Origin: Antedon mediterranea
Lineage: Eukaryota; Animalia; Echinodermata
Direction of reading: 5' to 3'
Length of the DNA: 64,000 nucleotides
Assembly: GCF_964355755.1 (NCBI RefSeq)
Contig: NC_092675.1
Coordinates: forward strand, 7,559,812-7,623,811
Shown one piece after another: positions 24,661 to 36,516 of this stretch; positions within the stretch are counted from its first letter, which is position 1; every line of letters starts with the position of its first letter. The notes under the pieces were generated by a model. That model searched no databases, had not been told where the DNA came from, and saw only the letters and a list, made by a program, of their open reading frames with translations. A program made the translations under genes and the position numbers.

Positions 24661-24877
24661 ATGCAATGTGGCCTGTCTGCCACTTCGTAGCATGTGCCAC
24701 CATTGTAGCACGTTAGCAAGTTTTTCACACAGGGACGGGACATCGGATTTAGTACAGTTTCAATGGCAGCTATCGTAGTTGTAGGCAAGATATCGGTTGT
24801 TGCACTGGTTGCCGTTTCCAGTAACGTTGTTGCTGTGGTTTGGACGACAGTTTTTGCAGAAGCAGCTAGTGTTGTAG
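24661..24877 (-). CDS. EGF-like TM ligand paralog 2, exon 2 (Thr-rich region plus EGF Cys1-4)
   Basis: ctttacAG / GTAAGT; ...NPMSRPCVKNLLTCYNGGTCYEVADRPHCI, phase 1-2. Confidence 0.9.
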
Positions 24878-25113
24878 CTGTAAAGAAACAATATTTTCTG
24901 TTAAGCTTGAGACAGAAACATTTTTTAAACAATTAGATTCGTCAAATCAAGTATATAAAGCATCAAAATGTATCATTCCATGTCACATTCTTTCCTTTCT
25001 AACAGTATAGGTTTTTCCTATTTCAGAGTCTTAATAGTAGCTTTTGTTTAAAAACGAATAAATACTATAAAATAATGAATAGTAGAAAACATGTTAAATT
25101 TCACACAACTTAC

Positions 25114-25126
25114 TTATAATATTCAT
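25114..25126 (-). CDS. EGF-like TM ligand paralog 2, coding part of proximal exon 1 (MNII-T); spliced product 186 aa
   Basis: ATGAATATTATAA|GTAAGT with an in-frame stop upstream; homologous to 18587-18599. Confidence 0.72.
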
Positions 25127-28100
25127 AATGCTCACGAGATATTTCAAAAGACTAAAATGTTGTAAAAGATAGTTGACACGTTGATCTTACTTCAGGTGAT
25201 AATGCTTCAAACCGCATTACACCTCCAATATAAGCTCAGTTTGCCACCCACGCATGCGTACAACCAATTGATGTATACTCTATTAATACATTTAATTGTT
25301 TATACTATTATATTATTTACATTCATTGCGTTAAAACGGAAACTTACTTCCACATCCGGGAAACACAAAAACGATAATATAATGTTTGAATATCCCTGTA
25401 AAAATCAACATCTGTTGTTTGCTATTATAATTTAGGTTCTTTTCGAGTGACGGGTTTTGCTTTGAGTGATGGCGCCGAAAAGGGGAACTCCCACATTAGG
25501 CCTACGTCATCTCATGTGAAGAAAATGTTTTATCATATTTGTGATAATACCCCATTACCAAATATGTTAAATTATTTTATGAGGTACCACCATCATTAGG
25601 CCTATAAGGGATTGCTTTGATTGATGACGTCGAAAGGGGATCTCCCACATTAGACATGACGTCATGATAAATTAAATGATTTTATTATGTTTATGTTGTT
25701 GGCACCATATCCCGTCTACCGTATCAGTGACACGACAACACTTTAGGAGGATATTGCAGACTATTATTAGACCCTGGTAATAATGATAGTAAGTAAAGTT
25801 TTGTAGCCGATTATCGTATCTAATGTTTCCAGTTTCCATAGGCAAATTCCATGACACAGCTTCACATGTGTTTCATATGTAACGCCTGTATCGTAGACCG
25901 TAACATAACATTTAATCTAGCCTCTTATGATACAGGTACAACATGCGATGCTTCCTGAATTACGCAACAGATCTATTTTTGTAATTTCCAAACGAACGTT
26001 TCTATCCTTTCAAGCCCGAACTTGCTTTTATCTGACGCGTTATTGCAACACACACTTAGCACCTCAAATGTCACTCCACTCAATATATTCAACAATCTTT
26101 ACAAAATTCAACAAAAGAATGACTTAAATCTGAGTGTCTCGGCTTTAATTTATCTGTAGTAATGTTTACCGATATAATAATGTTAGGATTCTCTTTGTTT
26201 GTGTGGTTTGTTGTATTAGATTGTGTATACTTTACTAGGAAGTACAAGTTTGCATTAGATGATGATGTTGAAACTCCCGGGACAGACTGTCGCCAGAACA
26301 AAAAGAAAACGCCAACGCATCATTGGACGAAACTACTTTGAAATTTGACACTGTATATTAGGTAACATTTCTGGTGCTATAGGCTACGTATCCGTAGCTA
26401 GCCGCTAAAGACGTCGTGCAAAACGATGTATACGCAACGCAAACGAGTTGACCAATGACAAGCAACGTTTCGAATAATTTATCGCTTGTGATTGGTCAAA
26501 TCACTAACGTTGCTCTTCGTCTTTGCATTGAGCCCAGGTGGGAAGGCTCAGTAAGCATTCGTGTAAACCATAAATCGACTGTGACTGTCGTCTGGAACCG
26601 AAAACCATCAATCAATGTGTTTACGATATACAGCAGCGCGCCATTTGTAATGTAGCGCGCCATAGTAGACCAGTAGCAGTGTTACGCAATGTAATTGTTT
26701 GTTTACTTTTAATGTACCGTGGGAAATTATAACACCAACAAATCCCAAATAACTGACATATCAAAATATGACGAAAACAGACCTTGTATTCAGACCTCGC
26801 ATACCAATTTAATAAAGAGAACGAAAGAACATGTAGAACAAAATAAACCCTTACTTATATGAACAATAAAATCGAAATTACTCTATAAATATTATAAATA
26901 CACAAACCTAGTATACAAACATTCTAAAAATAATATATTGTTTAAAGGCCAGGTCCGGGCAAAAAATGTCTATTGATCATACATTCCAATAATTATCGAT
27001 CTATAGTTTCCCCTATGTTTCATAATTTTTTGGGATTTTATTTGTGTTACACGAGCTTATTGAAAATAAGCACTTTCTTATCAGTGGGGGGATAGTTCAA
27101 ATTACACAGTAAAATCTCTATTCTTTTATACACAGATTTTGTAAATAGAGAGGCATTTTAAAAAGCTATGAAAAATAAACGGTGTGGTAAAAAATGTTAT
27201 CAGATGACTAAATATAGGTAATATAACTTGAATTTTACATTTCTGGTATTTTTATTCAACTTCAGATTTTTATTTTCATGCTATAGCAAAAATTATCCAC
27301 CGTATATCCACTATCTTTTTTCACCTTCTAGGGAGTCACCAGACATGTTATTACATTAGGTTAAACTACCTAACTACTAAAAAAAAGTCTTCCTGGTTTT
27401 TATGGCAGAATTATGCCAAATTTTGTATTTGACCATATTAAGGGAAATTCATGTTTTTTCATCTTGATTTCTGTTACAAATATTTTATTTATGTACAATT
27501 AACCAGATATTATATTTAGAATTCATGCCTGTACCTGAGCTTTAAGAACAGGGATTTTAAACAAAATATTTGGAATGTGCAAAATTAGCGCTATTGAATT
27601 GTACCTGTAATTAATTAGGGCGCAGTCAATGGTGTGACTTTTTATTATCGGTGGCAAAGTGGTATTATGTAAGCCTAGAATCAATAAGAGCCGTATATAG
27701 CCTATGTTGTTCTTTTAAATTTCATACCATGATTTGCAAATATCTTTATTTATCTTTTCTGTACAGATCACAGCTACAGTCGTTCGTAAAACGCGGTGGA
27801 CGTATTAGGAAATTGCGACCATTTTCCCCCTTAAAATTATTTCAAAATATATTTGACTTAGGCCTAATGTTTAACTATGTTTTAGGTAGGCCTACACTAC
27901 TTAGCATTGACAAGTCATAGGCCGGTATTTTTGGAAAATTATAGACGTCCTAAAATGTAATGATTGATTGATTTTAACAGCCATTTTATTAATGCAAATT
28001 AAGAGGTTGTGGACATATTTTTGTTGGTTGACATTTTGAATTTATCATAACCTGAAATTTACCTAACAAAAATCATAGACACTTTTACCTAAAAAATGCA

Positions 28101-30212
28101 TTGTTTTATTTTTCAGAAGTTTGTAATAGCTTACACGTCCAATTAGCATGACAGCTTCTGCCCGGGGTTTTATTGTTTTATATTATTATTCCTTGGTTCC
28201 ACAATCTTAAGGTTATGATTACAAAAGTAACGGTTTTTGGCGCTTTAGTTGTCAGAATAATCGTCGTTGGTGACAACCTTAAGTGACAAAGAACACATTT
28301 AATCATACTGAGCAATCGATTTCATTATAGACTTAACAAAAATTCCCACATATAACATTATATCAGCTTATCTTACTGAAAAAGGGGGCTTAAGACCCTT
28401 TGAATTCAAACAATTGTATGAATAAAAAAGGACAAAACGGAATCGGAATGTAGACAACGACAGTCTGTCACTTTGTTACAAGTTATCATTGGAAATATTT
28501 TACTTTTATTAAAATAATTTGATAATAATAAACTTTTGATTAAAGAAACAAAAAAAGAGGAAGTAAAGATTGACATTGCTATTAGATATACAGGGTACAA
28601 GTACGTGAATACAAAGAAACCACCGTGTGAAAAATTCCAGCCCATTAAACCATATTTTAACAATTTTAACCATCATAATAATGAAAGTATTATATTCAAT
28701 ACAAATCGATACGGATCAGATACAGAACTAAGTGTGGTGTGATTATTAGAAATAGACCTAGATTTACTGTTTGCATTTGCACCGTGGGATAAGGGAAATC
28801 ATTTGATAATTGAATAATAATAATAATACAATATAGAATTAAGTTTATCAAACGACGGAGATATCATGATCCAACCTTAGTAAGTTGCCTTTTTAATGCA
28901 AATCATTAGGTCCTAAAGTTAAAACTCATCAAAGCTCTGGCTTAGTTAAAGTCAAAACAGCGCCACCTTTAAAGAGCCTTCCACGCTGGAATGTCTACAC
29001 ATTGGTACAATATTAGTAATGAAGAAAACCCCATATGAATAAAACCTATACCAAAAGGCTATGTTTAGTATATTTTGATACGTAAAAATAATCATGTGCA
29101 TTACTAAAAATAAAAACAGAAAAATCCTATAATTCTTTAAGCCTATATTATCTTATATCTAGTATTTAAACATTACATTGTTTGTATTCCACAACAAAAG
29201 AATGATCCTGCAATCTTATGGGAAATTACAAGTATATAATTTTAAATAGTATAATAGTAATAACATCGGTATGCGACAGGAATAATGGTGGGAGACACGT
29301 TTGAAAGAGAAAAATTACTCTCTTTTGTTTGAAAAATGCAACCAGCGATACATGACGTAGGGTTAATTTATTGCTGAAGATGATGTAAATTTATACAGTA
29401 TTACGAAACGACCGACAATAATTATTAAAAAATTACGAAGCTAATAATACTTATTTTTTAATATGTAATAGTTTAATTAGATTAGAAATTAATATTACAA
29501 AGCTTTGTATTCAATTTTACTGGCTGGTTTGACTAATGTCGTAAAATGTATAACCATATACGTACACACATTAGGCATAGAACATTAAATCTATACTGAA
29601 ATTTAATTAATTAATTTGAAACGATAAGAAAAATTCGCCCCAACCGAGATTCGAACCCGGACCTTCTGCTTGATGTGCAGATATATTGCTAATTGATATT
29701 TACAAATTTAAAAATACAATGTCATTCCATCACTGTCTACTACTACACCTTTACACTACACCGACACCGTACCTCCAAACGTTTAGTATACCATCGCTAT
29801 TCCTAAATTAACTAAGTTATATTGCACAAAAATACATTGCGATTCCAAAATTAGGAAACTGATCGAAAACATACTGGAAAAAACGCAGTAATGCGATTAC
29901 CTACACATGTTATTAGCAAGACCAGCATTATTTCTTTATTTTAATTTCAAAATAATCTTTTTTCTGACGTCATAATTAACTTTAACTGATATTTAATAAT
30001 TATCATAATTGTCAAAATATGAATGAATGTGTTGTATGCAGTTTACAGGTGTCTCTAATTCACAGCGAGCCATGACACCTGCGTAATGTTATGCTAATTA
30101 TTAATAAGGTCAACGAATAGGCCTATAAATACAAAATCAAAACAACAACAAAGAAAAACAATTTTAATATAAGTATGTTCTTTAGTCCCAGTTGACGTCA
30201 TGAGACACTCAC

Positions 30213-30279
30213 GTTGAAATGCAGATGGATACATTTGGCAGGACTTGTATACGTGCACGTCAACTTTGTGTTCATTCAT
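30213..30279 (-). CDS. Candidate alternative first coding exon (MNEHKVDVHVYKSCQMYPSAFQ), phase-1 donor
   Basis: ATG...CAAC|GTGAGT, 67 nt; AGCCAATC box on the - strand near 30310. No homology support. Confidence 0.4.
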
Positions 30280-32921
30280 GCTGTCACTGCATGAGAAGCC
30301 GTTTGTGATTGGCTATTTATGTTATAAATTTACGCTCAGTCATGCGCAATACACTACTTGTCTGAAATTGAACCCGGTGGTCTTTGAGCTCATCAGACAC
30401 ACTTTGCCACGCGAGTTCATAAGGGTTTTTTATTGAAAATGTTGTTTACACGTTACAATCTTGTTCCTGTCCATTTTAAAAATCAACACAAACACTTTAA
30501 TACACAAATAACACGTTAACGAGGTTATTATGTTTTTAAAAGATAAATTCCAATCTTAATTCCTTTTCTTCATGTATAAATAAAATACAATAACTTTTGA
30601 TAATTTTGAATTTCGTCCACGGAATAATATCAATAGTTTTTCCTATTGACGCCGGTCAAACAACACATTTTATTCAAAATTCATCAAAACAAATTTTATT
30701 AGTCTGCCTAATGAAAGGACATACATTCCCGAAGATGTATAAAAAGTCTTAAATAATACCATATATTATAAGTTAAAGTAAACCAGGGTGCTTGTTAGTG
30801 TACCTTAGTTAGTTTTATTAGGTACTTGTTAAACAATTTAAAAAATATATATATTTGAATTTAAGCACGTAGACACTATTTTATGTCCTAGTTTAAATTG
30901 TTATTCTTGATTTTTTTAAATACGGCCTTTTTTGGTTTTATTCTATATTTTGCTCTAACTATTTTTTAGATAAATAATTTAGAAAAAAATGCATATTTAA
31001 AAGATTTTAAAAACAATATTTATATTTATTATTAGAAACGCAATTACTACTTTTTAATTGATATGATTTTCTGTTTCGTGATCGTAGTTAATTCTCCATA
31101 ACACACGAACTTATTTATGCATGACCATTTTAAGTATACAGTACCCCCGCGTGCTACCCCCTTTTACACCTAAAATTAAACAATATCAATTAATGAATAT
31201 CTATTTCTGACATTAAAATATCCTAATGCTTCCCCATGTAAACAATCACGTGGCCGTATCCGCCAATCACATATGAGATATTTCACTCAACTATTAAGTA
31301 TTTAACTTTAAGTCAATAAATATAGTATAGCCCTAGTAGTAAAGTAGTACTAGTATTAGTAAATATAAAGTATTTCCCTTATAGATTGAACGTATTTGTG
31401 TTACTTTTAAAGTGTGTTAAGTGTTTCCCTGTATGAAATAGTGATTATGCTGGAAGATGGATTTAAATTCATGAATTATTACATTTTGTAAAGCCCCTAT
31501 CACCAGCCGTTGATTAATTAAAGTGATAATAATATTCCTATATTAAACTTAAGGAAAGTCCCCGGTCTTTACCATCGTCACAGACGTGAAGTCTTCAAAA
31601 GAAAACAATAATGCTAGGTTAAAACCTGAGGGAAGCCCCTACCCGGTCTTTGTTGTCAAACAAAGTTGATAGCCTCGGTTGCACGATTAGCATGAAAAGA
31701 AATACGTAATTCATTAATTTAAACATTATATCAAAAACATCATTATTAGTCATTATTTACAATTATTTTCTTAATCTAAGAATCCAGTGGAAAGTTCAGT
31801 ATTCATCCCCTGTCATAGATTTGGAAAATAGTACCCACGTGGACATTCTGACCCTTCGGGGCATGTGTAAACGTACAGCATGAAATAACAACACATTTAT
31901 TACTATCATTAGATCTGCACCTTGAATTGAATTTGTAGTCAATTACTATCAATGGTGGTTGTACCAAGTGTTTGATTGCCTTGGATATAGGCAGCTTTAA
32001 CATATCATGTTATTGTTATAAATTGTGTTTCTAGATGGTTCAGGAACATATCATACTGTACATACTGTGTAACCATAGTAACCGGTAAGGGATGATGACA
32101 CGTGAGAGTTAAATATAATGAATCCATTATTTTAAAATAAAAATAAATATATTTTATGCCGTAGGTAAATATGCATATTATCATTTAATGACAGTTAATC
32201 GTATAGGTTTGCTCAATTGAAAGCTCGCGAGAAGGTCGTCCCTAATAAGGTTTGATTAAGCTATTGAAAAGGCAATCGTCATGCTATCTGTTTGTATTAG
32301 ACCAATCCTGGCTGGTATTGCATTATAATACAGCTATATTGCAATTTCGGAAGTTGTTCAGGTATGACGAAATAGTGATAGTGCACGTTGCGCACACACC
32401 AGATACTTTACGATTATGTTTTATAGTCTACACGCACAGTAAACGCGTACGGCGTTTATAGTAACGCATTCGAGTCAGCCTTGAGGTATAATACAGATCA
32501 TGCGGCGTTAAAGATATCAAACTATTAAGGTAGGACCAAACTAATCGATACAGCTAATGGTTAAGGAATGTTATGTTGATAATAGGGGATTCTTTTATTT
32601 ACCTTCACACAAGCATTCTATGTACTTAGATTAAGCAGGTACAATATAGAGTAAAAGGCACTATTTCCTCGCGACAACATAAAACTACTTAAACCGCGTA
32701 AGGCGGTAAACTCTCAAACATTTTTAAAGCTAACAGCAAAACCACATCGATTAAAGCAAAACATTACATATTTACATTCTCCCCTGGTGTGTTTATTTAT
32801 AATACATATTATGACACTTCACCTTCGATCCTCATTTTCACACACATCGGGCCTACCGCTATTGAAACAGCAATGTCAATGTGACTGGGTTATAAAAGTG
32901 ATTAACATCAGTGTATCTTAC

Positions 32922-33339
32922 CTTCTAATTCAGCGGCTATCTTGCGTATTTTGCGCAAAATCTGCTTTGAAGCATGGTACACGGGTCCTTGAAGTTCAAA
33001 TTCTGTGTTCGAATCATTTATCGCTACTATAAAAAATAAATATGCATTGTCTGGCATTATTTTAGATCCACATGCGTCTAAAATTGTTTCTTGCGAAAAT
33101 ACTTCTATGCTAGAAAATTTCAATCCTTTGGTTGTGAATTCCTTTTGGACTTTGACTTTTAAAATGTTATTTTCAACTTTTCGTACGGCTGCTTTTACTA
33201 TTAAACTGTTCCGCGTAATATTGTCCAGTCGTATATCTTCCGAACATTTATTTTTAGTAATAAGCCTAGTCTTAGTAGGCATACTGGTTACACTCAGATA
33301 CAATGTTAAACACATACATAGTTGGATATATCGAAACAT
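32922..33339 (-). CDS. First exon: signal peptide plus neuregulin-2/Vein N-terminal-like (agrin NtA/TIMP-type OB-fold) domain
   Basis: MFRYIQLCMCLTLYLSVTS signal peptide. The motifs LIVKAAV, LKVKV, C-x9-YLFFI and FELQGPV...ILRKIRKI parallel NRG2 VVVEGKV, LVKV, C..RYIFFL and LKKEVGKIL. Donor GAAG|GTAAGA, phase 1. Confidence 0.8.
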
Positions 33340-33437
33340 AGTTAATAAATTAATTTATCTTCAACTTCGTAATATATGATATAGACCTATACTGTCTTTG
33401 TCAAACTTATTAGTGATTGCATTAGTTTTGTCGCTAC

Positions 33438-33485
33438 TATTTTATACCATGAACTTCAACCGGAAATTGGTTTAGCCAATCAGAA
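33438..33485 (-). promoter_or_regulatory. Putative core promoter of the NtA/NRG-like exon (TATAAAA, ETS-like CCGGAA, CCAAT box)
   Basis: Reverse-strand TATAAAA near 33440-33446, ACCGGAAA near 33459 and AGCCAATCAG near 33475, about 100 bp upstream of the ATG. Confidence 0.45.
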
Positions 33486-33618
33486 GAGAGCACTAATTTA
33501 TTGTCGTTCATACAGTGCGATGGATCATACAAGAACTGTACTACTAGGTCGACAAATATAATTAATTTGATTATAATTATTATATAATTATTAGGCCTAT
33601 AAAGTTAATAATATTGTA

Positions 33619-33619
33619 T

Positions 33620-33646
<27 letters not shown>
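33619..33646. repeat. (TA)n microsatellite
   Basis: About 14 TA units. Confidence 0.9.
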
Positions 33647-33650
<4 letters not shown>

Positions 33651-34779
33651 TGTTTAATAAATAATAATATAAACATAACATCAACAATGTTGAACGATTA
33701 TAAGCAGAGAATATCTGATTATGAATACTATTTTTTTAATTGGACTGTCCCAGGGCCCTAAATCTAACTATCAAGTTTTGAAGACACAATTTTGAACATT
33801 ATGTTATATAATCATCATAATCATATAATGTATGTTTTATATTACTACCATAATAGCAAAGAAACAGTATTTTGCTTTGCTATTCCTAATAACGTTGTTT
33901 TCAACTAATGTAACAAATTAGGCCTACAGTTTCAAACGTGTAAATTACGTAATATATCTCCATATACACCGGTACTAGAATTGTTCCTTTGAAATTATAC
34001 ACCTATTACGAAATTCAGTGGATAATCGGATATGGTATTGGACGATAATCAATACATTCGGATATCCTTAAATTGGTGGGTGTTTGCAGGCTGCAGTTAT
34101 TCGACCACAAACGTGTTTGTTGCAGTAAATTAATAGGATTGTCCACACGTTACATGACACCGTTATGTACTCTTATTAAAGCAGGCCTACTTTAATTCTA
34201 TAACGTGTTGTCATTGTAATTATTTTACAATGAGCAGAGTACAAATAAAATTATTTCCGATTATTTGTGTAGGAAAACAAACGACAGAAACAGCATCTTA
34301 TTGAATTTTCCGATAATACTGGACGAATCTAGAGAGAATGGAAATTATGGTACAAGTTACCGGATTCACGTCACGAATTTTGTGACAAAGTACTCAAGTG
34401 ACAATTATACAATCTATTGTAAGAATTATAAAAAGGATTATAAAAGATTCCTTCATGCGAACTAAATGCTGTCATTCAATTCTTTATCAATAAATTTAGT
34501 AGTGATGTAAAAGCATATATACATTTTTTCTTCACATATTTATAGACTCAGTCACTAAAAATGTACCCATCGTATGTCACCAGTTTGTTAAACTCCTGTG
34601 TCATGCTAATTGTGATATAAATATAGGCTATTTTTTTTACCAAGAAACGGTTATTTCAAAGAAAGTATTTAAAATGTATATTTTATTTATTTATTTTTGT
34701 TATATTGAATATAACTGTACACAATCAATATAGATAGCTTTTGTATTCCTGTTAATTTCATTGAATTTCTTATTCTTGG

Positions 34780-35820
34780 TGGATGAAAACTAAATCAAGA
34801 CAACAAATTGTTCTCTTAAAAAGACGTATTACGTTCAGAAAAAAAATCTTTTATGTCATGGGAACATTTCAAAAAACATTATAATATTCAATGTAATTGT
34901 TTACAGTACCAAGGTATAATTAATTCAATAAAATATAAATAATTTGACTAAACTGCAAACACCAATAATTCCTTTTCATTTAGATATTTTTATTAAAAAT
35001 CCAACAGGGTGTAAAGCTTTTTACAACAAATTTAAAGAAAATGTTTTTGTCAGACCGAAAAGTATGAGAAAATGGGAAGACAAAATTAATGTCAATAAAA
35101 CAGATGAGGAACTGAAACAAATGTACAAACTTCCTTTTAAATGTGTCAGAAAAACAAACCTACAATGGTTCCAATATAGAATAAATAATAGAATAATTGC
35201 AACAAATGGTTTTTTGACAAGAATTGGTATTCGACAAAATGAAGCATGTACTTTCTGTGACAATGTACCTGAAACACTTCCTCATCTGTTTGTAAGCTGC
35301 AAATATGTAAAACCACTATGGTCAAATATAGAACACAAAATTAGTAGGCCTATTCCCTTTAAAAAAATAACTTTTACAATTGATTCGATTTTGTTTGGAG
35401 ATATTTCACGATGTTTTTCTGTTAATACAATTATTATTCTTACAAAGTATTTAATTTATAAATGTAGAATTGGTAAAACTCTGCCAAGTATTAAGGCTTT
35501 AAATATTTATATACGAAATTATTTAATGATGTTAAGGTATATTGCAAGGCAAAATGGAGAATCAAATGATTTTGAGAAACAATGGGTAGACTTTATTAAT
35601 TTATTGTAATATTAATCTTTTTTACTGCTGTTATAGACACGTCTTTTTGTTTATTTAAAAAAAAATGTTATTGCATGTATAAAATACAACATGATAAAAG
35701 TACAATTGGGCCTTTGTTTATAACACTGGGAGAGTGTCAATCCTCAATGCATTCATTAAAGCACCAATATGTTATTGTATGTATAAAATACAACATGATA
35801 AAAGTACAATTGGGCCTTTG
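34780..35820 (+). mobile_element. 5'-truncated L1/Tx1-clade LINE (3' end of ORF2, zf-RVT region; ORF 34944-35609)
   Basis: LQWFQYRINNRIIATN..L...CTFC....ETLPHLFVSC zinc knuckle and W..F C-terminus; duplicated 52-bp block in the 3' UTR. Confidence 0.85.
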
Positions 35821-36325
35821 AACTGAACTAACTGAACAACGTGATGTTGTGCGTCGTCACGAAAAGCCCGGCCGAAGCACGCGATTGGTCAGTCCATTTT
35901 ATAACCATCAACTCTCGACAATCTCTCGATCTCACGCTCAGCAGTGACTTTGACATCGGACACTCTGTATATTCGATCGATTTAAACATATATATATATA
36001 TATAATAGTCAATAGACGTAAAATGACCAAAAACTTTATTGATAATTAATTGCACGATTTTGGAAGTGCTACGGGCCTGCTAATCATTCCTTCCATCAAT
36101 GTTTGTATCACACTAAACAGGCGCTTAAACCGGGTGTTGATTTGAAAGGTGGCTTTCTATTAAATTAATATATAAAGGTTAGGCCTAATGATAGATACAG
36201 TAGTCTAGTCATATCCCTGTTTAGTGCTATCATCTCTAATTAACGAAGTATAATTCACTTGACATTGAGTAGTAGGGGTAGATCGAGTTCACAGAAAGCC
36301 CAACACAAATATGTGGCACTGTTCC

Positions 36326-36516
36326 ACGCGGTTTTGCTCCAGAGTGCGTTTGCAATCATGCCGACGTGTTCTGCTTTAGAATGCGTTTGCAAGCATGCAG
36401 ACGAGTTCTGCTCCAGAATGCGTTTGCAATCATGGAGACGTACGTGACGCGTTCTGCTCCCAGAATGCGATTGCAATCATGCCAACGCGTTCTGCTACAG
36501 AATGCGTTTGCAATCG
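36326..36516. repeat. ~37-bp minisatellite x5 (GTTCTGCTCCAGAATGCGTTTGCAATCATGCCGACGC)
   Basis: Five contiguous degenerate units with no unique spacers. Confidence 0.85.

Noticed and set aside
25730-26345. Coding-like stretch with a hydrophobic segment
   Set aside because: Interrupted by stops in all frames; no family could be recognised.
28536-28742. Plus-strand ORF ending DTELSVV as a terminal exon
   Set aside because: No upstream exons or homology to connect it to, and only a weak acceptor.
29630-29690. tRNA gene (also tRNA-like bits near 21640 and 48240)
   Set aside because: Only a B-box/T-arm half is present with no full cloverleaf; these are SINE head remnants.
32590-32680. Additional minus-strand exon just downstream of the NtA-like exon
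   Set aside because: The GTAAAT donor is present, but stop codons lie close upstream in every frame and there is no good acceptor.
36326-36516. CRISPR-like array of ~37-bp repeats
   Set aside because: Units are contiguous without unique spacers, there are no cas genes and the context is eukaryotic; it is a minisatellite.
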